DNA of 64,000 nt from Daphnia carinata. Its lineage: Eukaryota. Positions within the stretch are counted from its first letter, which is position 1. Each line of letters opens with the position of its first letter. The stretch is taken from NCBI RefSeq assembly GCF_022539665.2, contig NC_081331.1, forward strand, positions 9,982,001-10,046,000, read 5' to 3'. The notes beneath the pieces were generated by a model that was given only the letters and a program-made list of their open reading frames with translations, was not told the DNA's origin and ran no database searches. This document shows, piece after piece, positions 25,918 to 44,400 of the stretch. Position numbers and translations under genes: made by a program.

Positions 25918-27638
25918 ATGATGAAGTCGTTTAGCTGGATGCACAAGTTCAAATTGTATCCCATGTTAGTTGTTTTCATTTTCCTTCTGCCTACTCTTTT
26001 TACACAAGTTTGGGATCAAGATTTTGACAACGAAAACTTGTTGTATAAAATACCGGTAAGTTAGATTTACTGCTGTCTGCATTTAGAATTGAGAATATTT
26101 TAATTAAAATTGCTGAATTCCACATTATATTACAGGAAAATGTCTCTTGTGCAGATAATCAATACCCACCACTTGCCAGGTATACATTTCTCAAATCTGG
26201 TTTATGCTGCATTTAAGAAAATTCATACTGAGAGTATTCATTTCAATCTTGTTTTTTTTTGTATTAAAGTGACAGAGTTCCAACATATGTAATCAATCTA
26301 GATTTGCCACCGAAGCTACGTTGGGCTCAACTTATGATTGATAAAAAAGAAAGTGTAAGTTACCTTTTACCATTCCATGAAATAGGTTGTAACATTTCCA
26401 AGTAATTCACCGCTTTTGCTTTAGGCTTTGTATCTACTGCAAGACATAAAAACTTATACTGATTCATTCTTTCGTGGGAAACTCTTTCCTTTGCTTGACA
26501 AATACCTCCCTTTAATGGCAAAGACTCTTCCTGAACCATACCTTAGTGAACTGAAGGGAATTGCAGAGGTCACTGGAATTGAATTGGGAGAAATCACCCT
26601 ATACAACATCTTCTATGAAGTGTTCACCCTTTGTACATCTGTGATATCACAGGGAGCAAATGGAAAGATTTATCATGGCAGAAACCTGGATTTTGGACTT
26701 TTTTTAGGGTAAATACCTTCTTGTAAACATTAGGTTAAGTTTACTAGAGCCGTTATAAAATTTATGTACCATTATTTAGTTGGGACGTAAAAAATCACAC
26801 CTGGCAAACCACAGAAGCTCTTCGACCTTTAGTTGTTGAGCTCGACTTCCAGCGTGGTGGACGCACCGTCTACAAAACTGTAAATTTTGCTGGATACGTA
26901 GGAGTGTTAACTGGCATGAAGCCTGGACGCTTTACGTTAACCTTAGATGAACGCTTTAGCATGGAAGGCGGGTTTGTGGGTATCATCCGTTGGCTTTTAG
27001 GTGACCATTCGGCGAACTGGGCCGGATTTTTGATGAGAGACGTTATGGAAAAGGCTGACAGTTATCAACAGGCACTCACTACGCTGACTACAAGCAAACT
27101 GTTGGCACCTGTTTACTTTATCCTAGGAGGGAACACCACTGATCAGGTATTGTGTTTGATAATTTTAACACTAAGGTGCTCTTAGTTTCTTCACAAACGT
27201 TTGTTTGATTGCCTGTCTCTTGCGGGGTTTTATGTCAGGGTGCTATAATCACAAGAGGAAGAAATGAAGCAGACGTCTGGTTTATGGGCAGAGGTAGCGT
27301 CAGCCAGGTTTCGACGTGGTATCTCGTGGAGACAAACTACGATCACTGGAACCAGCCACCGTTCTTTGATGATCGACGGACACCAGCAGTTCACTGTTTG
27401 GACAAAATGGGGCGAGAAGCAGCTTCCCTTTCGGGACTTTTTAATGTCCTTGCCACCAAACCAATCTTTAACAAGGTTTGTGTAATTTCGTATTGGCTTT
27501 TCAAAGAGAATTAAATTATTAACGAAATTCCTACTTTTACTCCTGCAGTTAACTACTTACACTTGCCTTATGGATGTATCGACTGGTCAGTTCGAATCTT
27601 GGATTCGGAATTGTCCAGATCCTTGTAAACCCTGGTGA
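25918..27638 (+). CDS. ASAH1: Acid ceramidase (N-acylsphingosine amidohydrolase, Ntn-hydrolase), about 7 exons
   Basis: Hydrophobic N-terminus; [12 protein letters not shown]; catalytic Cys in [59 protein letters not shown]-terminal CPDPCKPW* (TGA 27636-27638). The GT-AG junctions I checked keep frame. Confidence 0.93.
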
Positions 27639-28153
27639 TTAGAACTATAGTATCCACTTTTCAATCGCATTCCGTGCCTTTCGGTTATATTCCTAACAAA
27701 AACTATTAAGTAAAGTTTTCGTTTATACGCTGTTACTTTATGTTTATTTAGGTTGCGCAAAAAAGTATTAATTTACATTCTTGTCATTTCTGTATTAAAT
27801 GGACGGTCAATACAAATGAGCTTCCCGGGAAAAATATTTTTCATGTTAGGCTACAGGGGAAGGTCAGCAGCGGCTCGAAGTGTGAGATAAATTATTTAAA
27901 TTTCTCCTTTTTAATTTGTTCTTTCCTCTCACCAATTTCTAATCTCTCTCCACAATAACCTTGGGCTTCAAAAAGGAAAGGCTTAAACTGCTTGTTTAAA
28001 ACCTTGATGCGCTGAAGGAAGAAGGCAAATGTGCAGCCCTGCTGTTTCTGACTGAATTAGTCGTTGTTTAACCACGGAACCGAACGCAGTGAAGCTACCG
28101 ACGTGTTCGCAACCGAAATCTCATTCGTCGGCAACACCCCCATTCATTCCAGA

Positions 28154-29324
28154 ATGAGTCATTTCATTTTTACTGCGTTATTAACAGTATGTGCTATTAT
28201 CTGCACTTCATCCGGCCAGCAGAGGAGTGGTAACATTTATACATGGTTTCTGAGATATCATCATAAAATTTGCCTTCTCCTCCTTAGTTAATGTGACGGA
28301 TGATGCCTTGTTGGAGATTAGTAGTCGCTTATACGCTTTAGATGTGAATGGAGCCTATGATCAACTAGAACTCAACCTTCAAAGCAGAACGTCTTCAGGC
28401 AACCGAGTCGACAAAGCGCCACTACCGTCAGTTGGTTTTCTTTTCTGATTATTTTGATAAGCTATCTTTTAAACGAAACTTTCCCGTTTCCTTACGTACC
28501 CGTTCTTAATGAAGATTATTTAAAAACGGCATACCGAAGAATGTATTTTCTCGACCGACGTACGCTAAAATGTTGGCGCTGTTCGACAACTATCTGGCAT
28601 CCGTTAATGAGACCGAACAGGTAATTGTATGGGAACTATTTTGGATTTGCGCTTAACACATCCTTCTCTTTGTAACAGGTAACGCCTCAGGAGAAGGCCG
28701 AAGAGGCTGCTTTCTTCGACGCAGTATTTGCAACAGAAATCATTAAAGCAACTCATAAATTCCTAGTCGCCCAGCGGCTGGCAGAATCCAATGTTGAACG
28801 CTTCAAAGAACAACTGAGGAACATTTGGTTCGGTCTTTATCAGAGGGCACCCGGCAAGCAAGGATCTTCTGGTTTTGAACACGTTTTCCTCGGCGAATTT
28901 AAAAATGGCATTTCAGGGCTGCATTCTTGGGTGCGATTTGTTACTGAAGAAGCTAAAGGAGATATTAACTATTTGGGTTACGCAAGGACGATGTCTATCG
29001 GCAAGGTTTAATGATTAGTTATAAATTTAAAATTATTTAAGGGACTTAATACAATTTTTCTTGTTCTCACAGGGTCCTGTAGGGCTTATAGAAATGCCAA
29101 TGAAATTTCAAGGTATATTCAAACCCCACTCAACACTGATGATTGGAAGTAGTCCAGAACTTGAAATTGCATTGTATAGCATTTGTTTCTTAACGAGACC
29201 AGATTCGCTTTGTCCAATTAAAGGCGACGCTGCTAGTGGGATTTCTACTCGATATCAAATTCAAACATTTGTATCCAAGTTTCAGGGTAGGCGTTTTTTG
29301 GGATCAGCGTTTCCTACCTTTTAA
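28154..29324 (+). CDS. ENDOU: Poly(U)-specific endoribonuclease (EndoU/XendoU family) with signal peptide, about 5 exons
   Basis: Signal peptide MSHFIFTALLTVCAIICTSSG; RPTYAKMLALFDNY; SSGFEHVFLGE and GLHSWVRF (two catalytic His); FKPHSTLMIGSSPELEIALYSICF (catalytic Lys region); ends FLGSAFPTF*. Confidence 0.9.
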
Positions 29325-29663
29325 CAGTTAATCTGAAGAAGTGGTTTTCGGATTGTTGGCACAGTGCATATTTACTTAGGAAAGCGATCGTTCTCCTTGG
29401 TTATTAACTACGCATTTAACTGATTTATAACATGATTATTGTAGAATTTAGTTAATACAATATAATCTATAGAAAATTTCAATCAATATAATCAAGTAAA
29501 TTTATTCTGGTTGAGATTTTCCAATATTAAAATAAGTCTGAACTGATATTTCAAAATGGTGTAATATACCAAGACATTTCACACTATACTCCTTTAGCTT
29601 TCCATACAACACTTTCTACTTTTAAAACACTTCCACATACAAACTAATTGAAATTTAACTTAC

Positions 29664-30423
29664 CTTAATAGTATTTTTACTTGAGCTAAAATGATATTTC
29701 AATTGATGAATTTCCACCTCCAAGCCACATGGTTTTTAGGGTACCCTAAAAACAGAAGATCATTAAAACATCATCGTATCCATTAGGCAGTATACCAATC
29801 AGAAAAGGAAATGTGAGTGAGGTGAAATGACTTGCATCCAATGCAAAAGATGCTTATCTTGGAATTCATTCAATTAGTTTAGCAGTTGCCGAAATCATAT
29901 GCAGCACAAGTTAGCTGTTCTGATATTTTATAGGCCATATTGCAATTCATGCACAAGACAAAAGTTCAAAATTCACTGTTTAATACTTTATTCAATACCT
30001 TATCTTTCCAAGAATTAAATCCAGTTTCCACTTCAAATTTTATAAATTTTGGATTTGATCCAAATTAACTTCCCATTTTATCAGCTTGTCATTATCTTCA
30101 CCGTTGTACATCGTCCTATAAAATCGAAAAAAGCAATATGAAATAAGCAATATTAAACAATTTTTTTCTACCACAACTAAGCCCCAACAACCGACTACTT
30201 ACACATAGTGAAGTATCCAAAACACTAATTGTAACAGTTATTGCTTAAAACAATGTACCACGTTGAAGCAATGGGAATTTAGATTAATAAAAAAAAATAT
30301 TTTCTATCCAGCCATTCTACACCATTCGATTCCATTGATTTTACTTGTAATGCAAACGAAAGATCACAGCTTTTAAGTAGAATCCGAAAAATTTACCAGA
30401 ATTTTTAAGTGTACAGATGCCAT
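29664..30423 (-). ncRNA. Candidate spliced non-coding or small-ORF transcript
   Basis: A chain of good minus-strand splice signals (donor GTAAGT at 30202, exon 30115-29999, exon 29745-29664, donor GTAAGT at 29663) with no long ORF. Confidence 0.3.
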
Positions 30424-30983
30424 CCAGCAAGCGTGTTGAACAGGGATCTCGAAGCGAAACACACGATGCTTTATAAGCTAGGTAGAGGACTGTACGTCCA
30501 TGCGTTTGCGACGTTGTCGATTAGTGAAACTCAAAATGAAAATAAAGTTGTTGTCCCCAAATAAGAATATGTTTAAATATACAAAATTAATAAACAAAGA
30601 AGCATTAATATAATGATTTATTGTCATATTTTATTTTTGTAGTGTGTATTAACACGATCTTCAATCGCTGGAAACCAGAACATTTCGAAGTTGATCAAGA
30701 ATTATAGACAATGACTGCATCTTGAAAACCCATACGTTTTTTTAACCCAACGAAGTAAAAAACTTCTCCATCAGATGGTAGGCATTTGAATTGCGAATCA
30801 ATTGATTAGCACGAACAGACAGTAAAGGTGAAATTGTTATAAGTAAATAGTTTGGAAGTGTTATTTGTCATGCCACCAAGACAAAGTTAAAAAATCCAAT
30901 TCTGTGTGAGACCAGTAATTTAAAACCTTAAGTAATGTTAAGGAAGAAAGTAAATCAGACAAGCAAAATTTGACTTTTTGTTT

Positions 30984-31223
30984 TCAGAAGTATACTCGAT
31001 GTCTTGCTTCGATTAGCTCTCGGCAGAAACTACATTTTTTTATTTTTTGGTCACAATTTTCACAGTGAAAGGGCGACAGGGCGACTAAAGTTGACACCAA
31101 TTGGTCTAGACAAATCGAGCAGGTGCGAGTATCCGGCGATTGGGAGTCTGCTGAAGGTGTCAGAAGCAAGACAGATTTCATCTGTGTTTGCCCGCCTAGA
31201 AAGGACGGACAGAGTGCGTTCAT
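30984..31223 (-). pseudogene. Degenerate IAP-type C-terminal RING finger exon
   Basis: Reads CSICLDQLVSTLV-ALSPFH-CENCDQKIKKCSFCRELIEARHRVYF*, where the canonical PCGH is missing in frame. A shifted frame reads S-P-C-R across an 8-nt tandem duplication (GTCGCCCT x2). An acceptor (ccctgcag) lies immediately upstream. I recognised no upstream coding exons. Confidence 0.55.
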
Positions 31224-32249
31224 CTGCAGGGCACGGTAACAGGAAGAAGATATATTTTGTTTTGTTTTGTTTTTTTGTTTTTTTTTCTTTCAATTTTCAA
31301 GTCAAAGATTAGTCAAACAATCCAAAGCCCTATTACCACATGATCAAGGCTGTGAGTCTAATCTTTAAGTAGCTGCCCAAAACTTGTTGCCCCAGCAGCA
31401 GCAGCAGAAGCTGTAGCCTGCACAGTTAGTTGTCGAGCAGCAGCAAGTTGCAGTGCAACACTCAATGCTGGCTTCTTTTTTTTTTTTGTTTTTGGTGTGT
31501 TGTCGGATAAAACCAAAGTCAAGGAAAACTATAGATGACGGAGTCCTCTAGTAGGATTCAAAGGAACAAGGAAAACCCGAATTCCGCATGCTAGATGGCT
31601 TTCGTTTCGTTACGTACAGTACACCCATTTATGTCGCAGGCGCCTGTTTGGAAACGAAAACATACCAGTCGTTGTGTAATCTTTTGACCGACTCTCACCT
31701 TTGTTTCTTAATAGGGGAAAGAAAATCTCGTGAAGCTTTCGGGCAAGAGTCATCGACCGAGGAAGTGCACTCTCTCTTAAAGTACCTCTTTCGTGGTTCG
31801 AAACAAGAAAAAAAAAACGAATGATGCAATTTTCCTTATTCTTTCCTTACAGTCAAAAACAAATACTCTATGATGTTGCCTTAGTGCTTGTACATAAATG
31901 AAGCGAATAAAATAAATAAGTGCAACGTCTTTTATTTGAGAGTTTTAAAGTAAAGAGCAAATACCCCATTTTTAAATTCCATTACAAATGAATCAATACG
32001 ATACTACTGTACTCAATCACTAAATGTCGCCTAGTAAAACGAAAAGGCTTTAAAGCAGCAATTTTTTTGCCTTATATGAAATGTGTATTGAAAGGGTAGG
32101 GCTTTGACGGAAGGCTTCCCTTCAATGGAATAAATTACGCTCACGTTGGGTTCGGTCATTCCCTCCTGAGGGTCAATGTCGAGGCTTGAGAGGCAACGCT
32201 GCCCTTGGTCGCCCGCTTTTTATACTCTGTCTGTAAACCTATCGTGTAA

Positions 32250-32267
32250 AAGATGGCGCTGTTGTAA
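32250..32267 (+). promoter_or_regulatory. YY1/Pho-like AAGATGGCG motif coinciding with a 4-codon uORF upstream of DOT1L
   Basis: AAGATGGCGCTGTTGTAA (M-A-L-L-stop), about 300 nt before the DOT1L ATG. Confidence 0.4.
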
Positions 32268-32551
32268 CGCTTACCGTATCATCCTTTGAGTTTTTCTGTG
32301 AGATGTGGTTGTTTTGATCGGAAATGTTGTCTTGAAATAGACAAGATTAAGTAAAATTACAACATAACTAGCGATTCGGGGGATCTGTTAGATCCCAGCC
32401 AGTCTGGAACCTCACAATTGGCCTAAATTTTCAAAATCAAATCTGCCCGGGAGGATTTTTGTTTATACAAACGTTGGAGCGATCCTTTTTTACCTTGCTT
32501 GTTTGTGAAAAGAGTTATACAGACTCGATTGCTTAACTGAAGAATTACATT

Positions 32552-39696
<7,145 letters not shown>

Positions 39697-41490
39697 GTGC
39701 CAGCCTGCCCTCAAACGGGTTTAATCCGTGAAGTTTCTTCACTTGCCCCCTCCCTCAAAATATACCGTTTGTGTTCCGATTGCTCAGAGTTGTATCGCGT
39801 TAAGTACAGTGCTCATCACTGCCCATTCTGCCGTTAAAATAGCATTGATTCCTAATTTTGAAGGCTAAACATGAAAATGGAAACAAAGCCTTATAAAACG
39901 ACGAGAGTGGTTTCTTTTGAATGATGATAACTTGATTCATCTTTATGCCATTTTGCTCCCTAGGCATTTTTCTTCACGTTAAATTTCCCTGTATCCCACA
40001 GTTTTCTGTTTCATCCCCAATTTGCATTCTTGTTTGTTAACACTTGATACAAGGCACACCATACGCTCGTCTTAAGTGTCACCTCAGGCCGTGTATTGTT
40101 ACGCGAATTTCTCCGATCTTGTATGAACTGTCGAACAAGTCAGCACAGGCTTATTTCGGTGGGCCTATCTTTCTCGACAGTTACCTAATTCTTTGCTAAC
40201 ACTGACTATCTTGTTTCTTATCACCGTGTTTCTTAATTGAACCATTAATAATAATTTATTCAAGACCAATTTTTTTTTCGTGAATCTGTTAAACTTTGCT
40301 CTGTTTTGATCCACCATCGAATAATGACGATCTGTGCTGCCCAGGGATGCAAAATTTGCATGCCAGATAAGAATAAATACACAATATTGTTACTTACCTT
40401 TAATAAGTTAGGAAAACATACCTCTCCTTTTGTCGCCATTTTAACTTTTCTAAATAAACTAAGATGTTGGCAATGCAAGCGTAGCAAAGATCAATAATTT
40501 AGTGTCAATCTACGTTCTCGTTATTAAGCTACCACACAACTAGAAACTAAACTTGAAATCCGTTACCGTCGTCCCATAAACGAAGTAAGCCTGATTATGG
40601 ATTATGATTATGGAGCCGTTGAGTATTGTGCTGTACCGTGCTAGCGCATCAATATTTGGTACCGTTTTTTTCCATTTATTTCAAAAACGTCTAACCTCAT
40701 GGAAAATAGGAAGACAATTATCGTGATTTTCGTTCATATCGAATCTAAAACACATCTCTTCATTGCTAAATTGAAGATTTTAGAAAAATACAAAATTGGG
40801 GGAAAAGTCGGGATTTTTTTTTTTGTCGGGCTTATTTTCAAACCCAACAATTTGATGAAAAAGATATACCACTTCGACACAGGTTCAGAAATGTGTTTTG
40901 CCGGTTGCCATGCAACGGCCCCGAACTGATTTTGTTGTGCAACGTCACGTTTTCCGATTATTAACTGCCTTCATTGCACGCAGCAATGAAGTTTAACTTT
41001 AGGTTTGCCAAATGTTCGTGGCCGCGGCTAGATGGAATTTTACTTGAAAACGTTGCGCCGGGTAATTTAACCAACGGAAACATATGAAGTATGAAAGCTA
41101 AAAGAAGTAGTAAGAGTATCAGTACTGAATGAAGAAATTTACGGTGAATAACGAAAAAAGTTAATTCGAATACCAAAGAACAGGTAGAGAACAAAAAAGA
41201 TTTTGGATTTTGTGATGCTGCTTCTTTATTTATTGTCTTGGAATATGTTTTTTTTTCATATAGATTACATCACCCTGGCGTAGTAACAACAGTAACTGGG
41301 CGCCTTTAAAACAATTCCATACCTTGAGTACTCTCGATATAATGAGAGTCTATCCAACTTCTAAATTAATATATCTTAGCATTTTCATAGGTCATTATTT
41401 GACGTGGGGTAGCGGGGTCGTTAGGGGAACACGGAAGAATGTAAAAAACAATTTCCTTGCTCGTACAAAAAAGATATTTGATTTGTTGAT

Positions 41491-44400
41491 TTAGAAGGGG
41501 AGGCAAGCGGTGGGGACCGAGTAGACACGGACCATGTCGACTTGCTTGCCCATCAGCTCATCAAGAGGACGGCGGAAGAGCTCCTCGTTCAGCTTCTCGG
41601 ACAAGGCGTTCTGGGGAATGCAGTGGAATCCCAACTAGTGTAGAGAAAGTAATGCATATTTAAAGCATTGATAATGGAACTAACGGCTGTTAAACGAATT
41701 AAAATCATAATTTAAAATTGCCAAATTTTGTGGAGGCTTGATTTACCTTCTTCTCAACAGTCTCTTGGGCACGAGCACCCTCAGCGCACTTGGGCACTGA
41801 CTCGGTGGAGAAGCAACGCTTGTTGTCTTGGACGACCATCTTGTTACGGTAGACAGTCCACTGAGAAGGGCGGCGGAAAGTCTGGCTGGACAAGATGTTT
41901 TGCTGGAACTTGGGCAACAAGGGAGAGACATCAGAAATGCCGAAAACAGTCTCAGACTTCTCCTTCAAGCATTCCTCCTGGATGCGGCGGAGTTCAGCAA
42001 CATCGCTGGAAGAGATATCGCTCTTGCATCCGGCGGGTTGTCTCAGCTCGTAGGCAACATTCATCAAGTTACGAGGAATGGAGCACTGGCGGGGGCCGGT
42101 AAGATCGGTAACCTTGTCGCCATTCTGGGAGCCGCACAGACCACAGAGACGTCCGCGGTGGATGGGGGAAGCCAAAACAACGACTTCCTTGGCATCGGTC
42201 AAAACACGGATCATGTGAGAGATGGGAGAGTCGACTTCAATGAAGTTATCAGCGGTTTTCTTGATAACAGCCAAAACTTCGTTTTCGGCGTTCTTGACGG
42301 TGTAAGATTCGCTGGTTACGGAGATATCCATACCGTTGACGTTGACCTTCTGCTGAGCGGGGAAAATCTCGATTTTCTCCTTGTTCAACAGGACAGTGAC
42401 GATCTGTTGGAAAGCAAATCGTTCAGTAAGATTGATTAGTAAATAGTATTGTATGATGGTAAGAACTGATTCGTTGCTTATACCTTCTTGTCTCCTTCAA
42501 CGCGGGAAAGGACGGCGAACTTGTAGCGGCCAGAGCAATCCTTGGTCAAGACCTGATCGCAGCCAGCGAAGGAGGCGTTGTAGAAGAGGCCATCGAAGGT
42601 GGTGACGGTCTCGGCGCCAATAACGCAGACACCTTCATTGTACGAAAGGATAGACAAAATGATAATAGTGTTTTCCAGATGAGTTTTTAGCAAAATTACC
42701 AGGGGCAGCCAAAACAGAGCGGGGAACAGCCATACGCTTGGGCAAGACGACTTCAGCAACGGGGTGGATTTCGATTCCGCGGAAGAAAACATTGGAGTAA
42801 GGCTTGAACACTTTAACATCCATGGATCCAGCCAACGGGTAGTAGACACTCTCGACGGTGATCTGGTTCTGAGTGTTCATAACCTCGACTTGGTTGTCAG
42901 ACATGTAGGGACCCAACCAGTGGCGGACGAGGTTGGAGGCCTTAATGGTGGCATTGCGAACAAGAGCGGGCATCTAGGAAAGTGCAGTATGGTAGTTATA
43001 CAAACATTCTGATCTTCAATATTTCATTGCTTGGTACTACCTCGTTGTACTTGATGGTCATGATGGCCTTGTTCAGGATTGAAGACAGACGGCGAGCAGC
43101 AATGCATTCATCGCTCATACCACGGCCCAAAGTTTCCTGTTTCTGGCACTGGGTCTTTTCCCATTGGTTGCGCAGGGAAGGAGAGATGTCTTCCTCGCTG
43201 CGAGTCCAGGTGGTCTAAAAAAAAAATACATTTGAAAACACTGTCGTCGTAATGCATTAAAACTGAAAAGCGTACAGCAACAGTAATCTTGCGATCATCA
43301 GTGCAAGACTTTCCGAAGCCAATCTTGATGGTAGAACGACGTTCAGTTTCATCCTTGATCAGTTCTTTGCGTTTGAAAACCAAGTTATCGGGGAATTGAG
43401 CGTCAACTTCAGCGCAAAGCACGAAATTGTTCTGGCCTTCAACTTCATCGCGTCTCTCAACCATAAGACTTCCACGGTGGGACTTTCCGTCCATGCCGTA
43501 GACGATGGAGGAGCCGATGCGGCGAGCCTTAATCGATGAAGACTTGGGGAGAAGTTCGGCGGTGAAATCCAAAGAATATCCGGTGGGGTTGGTCAGGGTC
43601 TGGAAGATGTGTTGGAACTTCTGCGATTCCCATTGGCTGTCCTGCTGTCTAACGTAGTCCTGGTTCATGATCTGCTCTCCGTAAATGGTGTCGAAGAGAG
43701 ACTTGGCGTGGAGATGGCCGGCGAGGGGAGATTCGAACTTGGAGTCGGACTTGGTAGCTAATGAATAGAAAAAAGTACTTAGCAACAGTGGTGCAAAATG
43801 AAAAACACTGCTTACAGAGAGCCCAGAGGGTCTTGATGGTCTTGGTCTCGGAGGAGGCACCGTCGAGGTACAAGCTCCAGTCGCGCTGGCGGATGGTGGA
43901 AGGCATGGACCAGAAGGCCAAAGTACCGAACCAATCCTTGGTGTAAACTGATGGCTGAACAACAGCCAAACGTTCACCACGCTCAACGAAAACGAAGTTC
44001 ATGCCGAGGTGTTCCTCACCGAAAGTGACCTTGTTCTATGATAGACAGTAAAATGTTTTAAATTTAGCTGTAAGATTTTTTGTTGTAAAATAACTTCAAT
44101 GAATAATTGAATTTCGAACCATACCTCTTTGGGCTCCTCGACGTAAGAGATGCGCTTGGTCTCGGAGAGGAGGATAGCGGGAGTGAAGTCGGTGATCTTG
44201 CGGATGGTGGTGAAGGGGACGACGGAGTGCTTGACGATGCGGAGCTTCTCGCCCAAGGTTTCCCAGGAAGTCTGGATCTTGCCAGTCTTGACGTCACCTT
44301 CAATCAAGAAGCGACCGGGAAGAGCAGCGGCCCATTCCAAGTCAACACCGGTGGTGGGGTAAGAGCGGGTGAAGGGAGTCTCGACCATCAGGCGGGTGGT

